Origin: Pseudomonadota bacterium
Lineage (GTDB): Bacteria > Pseudomonadota > Gammaproteobacteria > Acidithiobacillales > Acidithiobacillaceae
Assembly (NCBI GenBank): GCA_021818125.1
Contig: JAKAFG010000001.1
Span: 1-44,273 of the forward strand
DNA length: 44,273 bases
Direction of reading: 5' to 3'
Part shown: positions 40,405-44,273 of the stretch, one piece after another
Position numbering within the stretch: the first letter of the stretch is position 1
Layout: each line of letters opens with the position of its first letter
Position numbers and translations under genes: made by a program
The notes under the pieces: model-generated
The model's database searches: none
The model's input: the letters and a program-made list of their open reading frames with translations, nothing else
What the model was told of the DNA's origin: nothing

Positions 40405-41592
40405 ATGCGCATTGCTCACAGCCTCATAGCCGCCGCAACAATTAGTCTGCCAATAGCCGCCTCAGCGGCGATATCTGCGGCACCAATACAGTGGACAGCA
40501 GATGTCCACGCACCGATTTACAATATTCCACGCGTTGCCGATGGCACGGTCTATGTGAGTACTGCGCAAGCTAAGGGCCCCAATGTTTTTGCTGTGAAGG
40601 AGGGCAAAGTCCTCTGGCGTTTCGCCACGGAAGGGGCGATCCAAATGCCGGTATCTTTGGGCGGGGCACAGGTCTTTGTCGCCTCCGATGTTGGGGACAT
40701 TCATTTCATGCGCGCCATCGATGCTAAAACCGGTGCGTTGATCTGGGACTATACCCGCCATGAACCACCGGAATGCATGTGCAGCCATGTGACGCACTAT
40801 ATTCAGCATCTGCTTTTTGCGGAAACGGATGGCCACAGCCTGTATGCTTTTTACCCTGTCGGAAAAATCCCGGATCATCGCCTTTGGACCTTTGTTGGTG
40901 ATGGTGCCAAGCTGACCCCTCCCGTTCTGGCAGATAGTACAGTCATCTTTGGTTCTGCGGACCACAACGTCTATGGGTTGGTCGATAACACCGGGAAAAT
41001 CCGCTGGCAGCAAAAAACTGGCTATGCCTTTGTTGCGCAACCTGCGGTTTGGGAACACACGGTAATCCTGGGCAACCGCGGCGGCACCGTGCATGCGTAT
41101 TCGACGACGACGGGCAAGCCACTGTGGAATTTCACGACTAACGGGCCCATTGATACAGCCGCGCTCATTTGGCATGACTGGGCATTTGTTGCATCTGGGG
41201 CAGGAGGCCGCGGCGTCTATGCCCTCTCGGCCAAAACCGGAAAACAGATTTGGTACACTCAGATGACCGACTACACCGCCTATCCCCCGGTCATGGCCAG
41301 GCAAACCCTGATAGTCGCCTCACGGGATGGGCATCTGCTGGGTCTCGCGGCAAAGACGGGGAAAGTGCTCTGGCGTAGCAATTTGCATGGCGTTCCTCTG
41401 TCGCAGCCAGTGCTTTGGCAAGGTGTCGCCGTACTCAAGGTGAATGACCACCAGGTCATGGCCTTCAACGCGCAGAGCGGTCGTCCCGTATGGACCTATC
41501 ACAGCAAGGACGTGGTCACCTCCCCGGTACCTGAAGGCGACCGTGTCTATGTAGGCACGAGCGGCGGAGCGGTAGTAGCCATTGGCCACTGA
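40405..41592 (+). CDS. Secreted PQQ-like (Trp-docking) beta-propeller repeat protein
   Basis: Signal peptide without lipobox; repeated A.DAKTG..IW, TTGKPLW, AKTGKQIW, AKTGKVLW and AQSGRPVW motifs. Confidence 0.88.
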   Translation: MRIAHSLIAAATISLPIAASAAISAAPIQWTADVHAPIYNIPRVADGTVYVSTAQAKGPNVFAVKEGKVLWRFATEGAIQMPVSLGGAQVFVASDVGDIHFMRAIDAKTGALIWDYTRHEPPECMCSHVTHYIQHLLFAETDGHSLYAFYPVGKIPDHRLWTFVGDGAKLTPPVLADSTVIFGSADHNVYGLVDNTGKIRWQQKTGYAFVAQPAVWEHTVILGNRGGTVHAYSTTTGKPLWNFTTNGPIDTAALIWHDWAFVASGAGGRGVYALSAKTGKQIWYTQMTDYTAYPPVMARQTLIVASRDGHLLGLAAKTGKVLWRSNLHGVPLSQPVLWQGVAVLKVNDHQVMAFNAQSGRPVWTYHSKDVVTSPVPEGDRVYVGTSGGAVVAIGH

Positions 41593-41606
41593 TGGAGGGT
41601 GAGCAC

Positions 41607-42731
41607 ATGCACACTCAGCATAAACTGCGTCGTACGCGTCGTCCTATCTGGCTGGCTTGTCTGGGGATGCTCGTTTCAACCGGTCTGATGGCACCCACAG
41701 CGGATGCCACTAGTTTCAGTAACGCACTTTCCTGGAATCTGCATCTGAGTCTGGAGGGTATTGATAACTTTTCCGGGGGAATCGCGCCCGGCGCGGTGGG
41801 CAACGCTACCGGTAAAGCGGGCTTTGCTTTCGACACCCGTCGCGCCGGATGGTGGTCTGGCGGACGCTTCGTCACAGAGTTTTTGGCGATCCAGAATGGT
41901 AACCCGGAGAATTACGTTGGGGATACCCAATGCGTTAACGCCTTTACCGGCCTTAACCGGGGTGCGCTCTATAAGCTGTATTATCGGCAAAATATGGGCA
42001 ATGCTACGCTGCGGGCGGGACTCATCAGTGCCAATGATTATTTCGACTCTACCGGCGTGGCCAGTAATTTCCTGAATGTTTCTTATGGGTTTGGGGCGGC
42101 GATGGGCATCAATGTGCCGGGAGCTTCTTCTTACCCATTTTCCAGTCTGGGGGTAATGGGGAGCTATAGCACTGACGGTTGGACAGGTATGGCAGGTGTC
42201 TTCGAGGGGGATGCCATTCACCCCTTCGAGGGTCCCGCGCATCGGGGAAATATGGTCTGGCTGGAGGCCGACCGGGGCGGCTCTCTGGGCGGCGGGAAAT
42301 ATATCGTGAAAGTAGGCGGGTGGCGCAACAGTCAGTTACCGCAGTACCAGGCCACACTGGGTAACGACACCAGCGGCCTCTACACGACGGGGGAATACCG
42401 CTGGAAGCAGGATGGCATGGATTGGGGAAGTTTTTTGGAGTTTGAGGTGGCACCCAATCCGGTGAATATCCTGCCCTGGTATACGGGCGCCGGATTACGT
42501 TTACGGCATTTCTGGGTGGCGCGATCAGGCGATAGTGTGGGTATCGGTATGGCCCGGGCCTGGCTGCGGGACGCGCCTTATCATGCCGAAACAGATTTTG
42601 AGGGTTACTATTCGGCGCGGATTATCCCTCGTTTATATCTGCAAAGTGACCTTCAGTATGTGGTTCATCCCAGTGCAACCTACCCGAATGCCCTGGTCGG
42701 CATCCTTCGTCTTCACATGCGGTTCTCGTAG
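41607..42731 (+). CDS. OprB-like carbohydrate porin
   Basis: Signal peptide; alternating beta-strand pattern; GASSYP.SSLG, D.VGIG.A, ETDFEGYY..LQSDLQYVVHP..NALVG.LR C-terminus typical of OprB; SD GGAGGG favours ATG41607 over ATG41592. Confidence 0.8.
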   Translation: MHTQHKLRRTRRPIWLACLGMLVSTGLMAPTADATSFSNALSWNLHLSLEGIDNFSGGIAPGAVGNATGKAGFAFDTRRAGWWSGGRFVTEFLAIQNGNPENYVGDTQCVNAFTGLNRGALYKLYYRQNMGNATLRAGLISANDYFDSTGVASNFLNVSYGFGAAMGINVPGASSYPFSSLGVMGSYSTDGWTGMAGVFEGDAIHPFEGPAHRGNMVWLEADRGGSLGGGKYIVKVGGWRNSQLPQYQATLGNDTSGLYTTGEYRWKQDGMDWGSFLEFEVAPNPVNILPWYTGAGLRLRHFWVARSGDSVGIGMARAWLRDAPYHAETDFEGYYSARIIPRLYLQSDLQYVVHPSATYPNALVGILRLHMRFS

Positions 42732-42748
42732 GGGCTAAGCGGCAGCCC

Positions 42749-42777
42749 TTGCACTTTCCAGTCTGCGATTCTACGCT
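42749..42777 (+). promoter_or_regulatory. Putative sigma-70 promoter of the sensor kinase
   Basis: TTGCAC-N17-TACGCT. Confidence 0.5.
42762..42771 (+). repeat. Right copy of the 10-bp direct repeat TCTGCGATTC
   Basis: Identical to 40007-40016. Confidence 0.6.
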
Positions 42778-42812
42778 GAGACTCTTTTTTCTTCGTCGGA
42801 GCCTGCTGGTCT

Positions 42813-44273
42813 ATGGCATTACGCCCGAGTTCCATTTCAAAGCTGGCCGTCATTGGTTTTGGTCTGGCCATTGTGCCGCTGGTGCTGGTCATTGTCAGCG
42901 TGACCATTTCTATCGCCCACTTTGCCGAGCAGGGGCAGGTGAGCATTTTGCGCGCGGTGGCTATGAGTGATGCCGCCAACCGGATGAATAACGCGGTGCG
43001 ATCCATGGAGCGCTACGGACTGCAGTATACGGTGTTACAGGATCAGGCTTTGCTGGTGCTCTATGATCAGAGTTTTACGGAGTACAAAAAATCCAGCACC
43101 CAGTTTGCTGCTGCCGGCCCCTCCCCCGTCGATAGACAACGCCTGGAACGGCTCGCCACCCATCTGAGCCGCGCCCGTCGGTTATTGCCGCTGGTGTCGC
43201 TGGAGGGAAATCGCAGTGCGCTGGAGAGTGACTTCAGCCGTACCAGCGCTGAGGCGCAACACCTGCAAAGTGATGTCAATGAAGGCATCAGCACCGAGGT
43301 GGCCAAGCTGGGTACACGGGCGCTGGCGATCAAGCGTCTGACCGTTGTGGAGGTGCTGCTGGTGTTGCCGCTCTCCATTGCCTTCGCGATCCTATTTATT
43401 GTGTTGATCACTCGTCCCATCCGGCGTCTTGACCAGGCGGTTTCCGGTCTGGGTGATGGTGATCTGGAAACGCCCATCGCCGTGCAGGGGCCGCGGGATA
43501 TTGCCAGTCTGGGCGATCGTCTGGAGTGGTTGCGTAACCGGCTCAATGCGTTGGAGGCAGCCAAACTGCATTTCCTGCGGCAACTTTCCCATGAGTTGAA
43601 GACGCCGCTGACGGCCATTCGTGAAGGCGCAGAGTTGCTCCAGGAGGACCTGGGCCACGAGTTGGGCGTCGACGAGCAGCAGGAGATCGTGCATATCGTT
43701 CGCGACAACAGCCTGCGTCTGCAGCGACTGATAGAGGATCTCCTGCGTTTCAGCCTAGCCGAGGGACCAGTAGGTGCGGGTATGGTGCAGGATATCTCCC
43801 TGACGGCGGTGGTGGAGGAACTGCTGTTGAGCTATAAGCCTAGCCTGCGCAGCAAATCCCTGCACCTGGTCACGGATTTGGCCGATGTGCATGTGCGTGG
43901 TCATGAAGACCGTCTGCGGACTATTTGCGATAATTTATTGTCAAATGCCGTGAAATTCTCGCCGCAAAACGCTACTATACGGATATATTTGCAGGTACAG
44001 GACGAACAAGCGGTCCTCGATGTTCAGGATGAGGGGCCAGGTGTGGCGACCGAAGAGCGTGGAAAAATTTTCGATATTCTCTACCGGGGCGAGGCCTCGG
44101 ATGCGGGGAAGATCGAGGGCAGCGGGTTGGGACTGGCTATCGCCAGAGAGTATGTATTGAGTTATGGGGGAAGTCTTGAATTGTTGGATAAAGAAACGCC
44201 AGGGGCCTGCTTCCAGTTGCGCCTGCCGATCACAAATCATACTGCTGCCCACGCTCGCCATGTTGAGATCGGA
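42813..44273 (+). CDS. glrK: HAMP-domain sensor histidine kinase, GlrK/QseE-like (3' end runs off the window; missing from the ORF track)
   Basis: Manual translation: MALRPSSISKLAVIGFGLAIVPLV.., periplasmic MNNAVRSMERYGLQYTVLQD, second TM, HAMP GPRDIASLGDRLEWLR, H-box FLRQLSHELKTPL..IREG.ELL, N-box DNLLSNAVKFSP, G-boxes DEGPG and GSGLGLAI; SD GGAG. Confidence 0.85.
   Translation, partial: MALRPSSISKLAVIGFGLAIVPLVLVIVSVTISIAHFAEQGQVSILRAVAMSDAANRMNNAVRSMERYGLQYTVLQDQALLVLYDQSFTEYKKSSTQFAAAGPSPVDRQRLERLATHLSRARRLLPLVSLEGNRSALESDFSRTSAEAQHLQSDVNEGISTEVAKLGTRALAIKRLTVVEVLLVLPLSIAFAILFIVLITRPIRRLDQAVSGLGDGDLETPIAVQGPRDIASLGDRLEWLRNRLNALEAAKLHFLRQLSHELKTPLTAIREGAELLQEDLGHELGVDEQQEIVHIVRDNSLRLQRLIEDLLRFSLAEGPVGAGMVQDISLTAVVEELLLSYKPSLRSKSLHLVTDLADVHVRGHEDRLRTICDNLLSNAVKFSPQNATIRIYLQVQDEQAVLDVQDEGPGVATEERGKIFDILYRGEASDAGKIEGSGLGLAIAREYVLSYGGSLELLDKETPGACFQLRLPITNHTAAHARHVEIG

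Noticed and set aside
40405-41592. Identification as tetrathionate hydrolase TetH or BamB
   Set aside because: About 100 aa shorter than TetH as I recall it and lacking its N-terminal extension; no lipoprotein Cys and not in the hisS-bamB-der context

Overview
GC-rich proteobacterial chromosome segment, very probably from Acidithiobacillus (inferred from the gltA-gshA linkage, gene order and protein style). Most of it is housekeeping: erpA; gltA-gshA-gshB; yqgE-ruvX-pyrR-pyrB-pyrC'; a long minus-strand run lptD-surA-ABC permease-bolA-grxD-murA-hisGDCBHAF-hisIE-tatABC; amgK-murU; kdsD-kdsC-lptCAB-rpoN-hpf-ptsN-hprK-rapZ-EIIA(Man)-HPr-EI; an AsmA-like gene, mutY and yggX. Two accessory spots stand out. 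(1) A low-GC restriction-modification cassette behind tatC, with an intact MT-A70 methyltransferase and a BglII/BstYI-family endonuclease broken by a 1-nt frameshift. (2) At the right end, two GlrR/QseF-type enhancer-like palindromes and a sigma-54 promoter precede a small secreted Lys/Glu/His-repeat protein resembling the acid shock protein Asr. Next comes a 2.75-kb beta-propeller plus porin module bounded by a 10-bp direct repeat, then a GlrK/QseE-like sensor kinase that runs off the window. This looks like the enterobacterial glmY-glrK layout with the sRNA replaced by an Asr-like protein gene and is the best candidate for an undescribed system. All family calls come from motif recognition by eye; no database searches were run.
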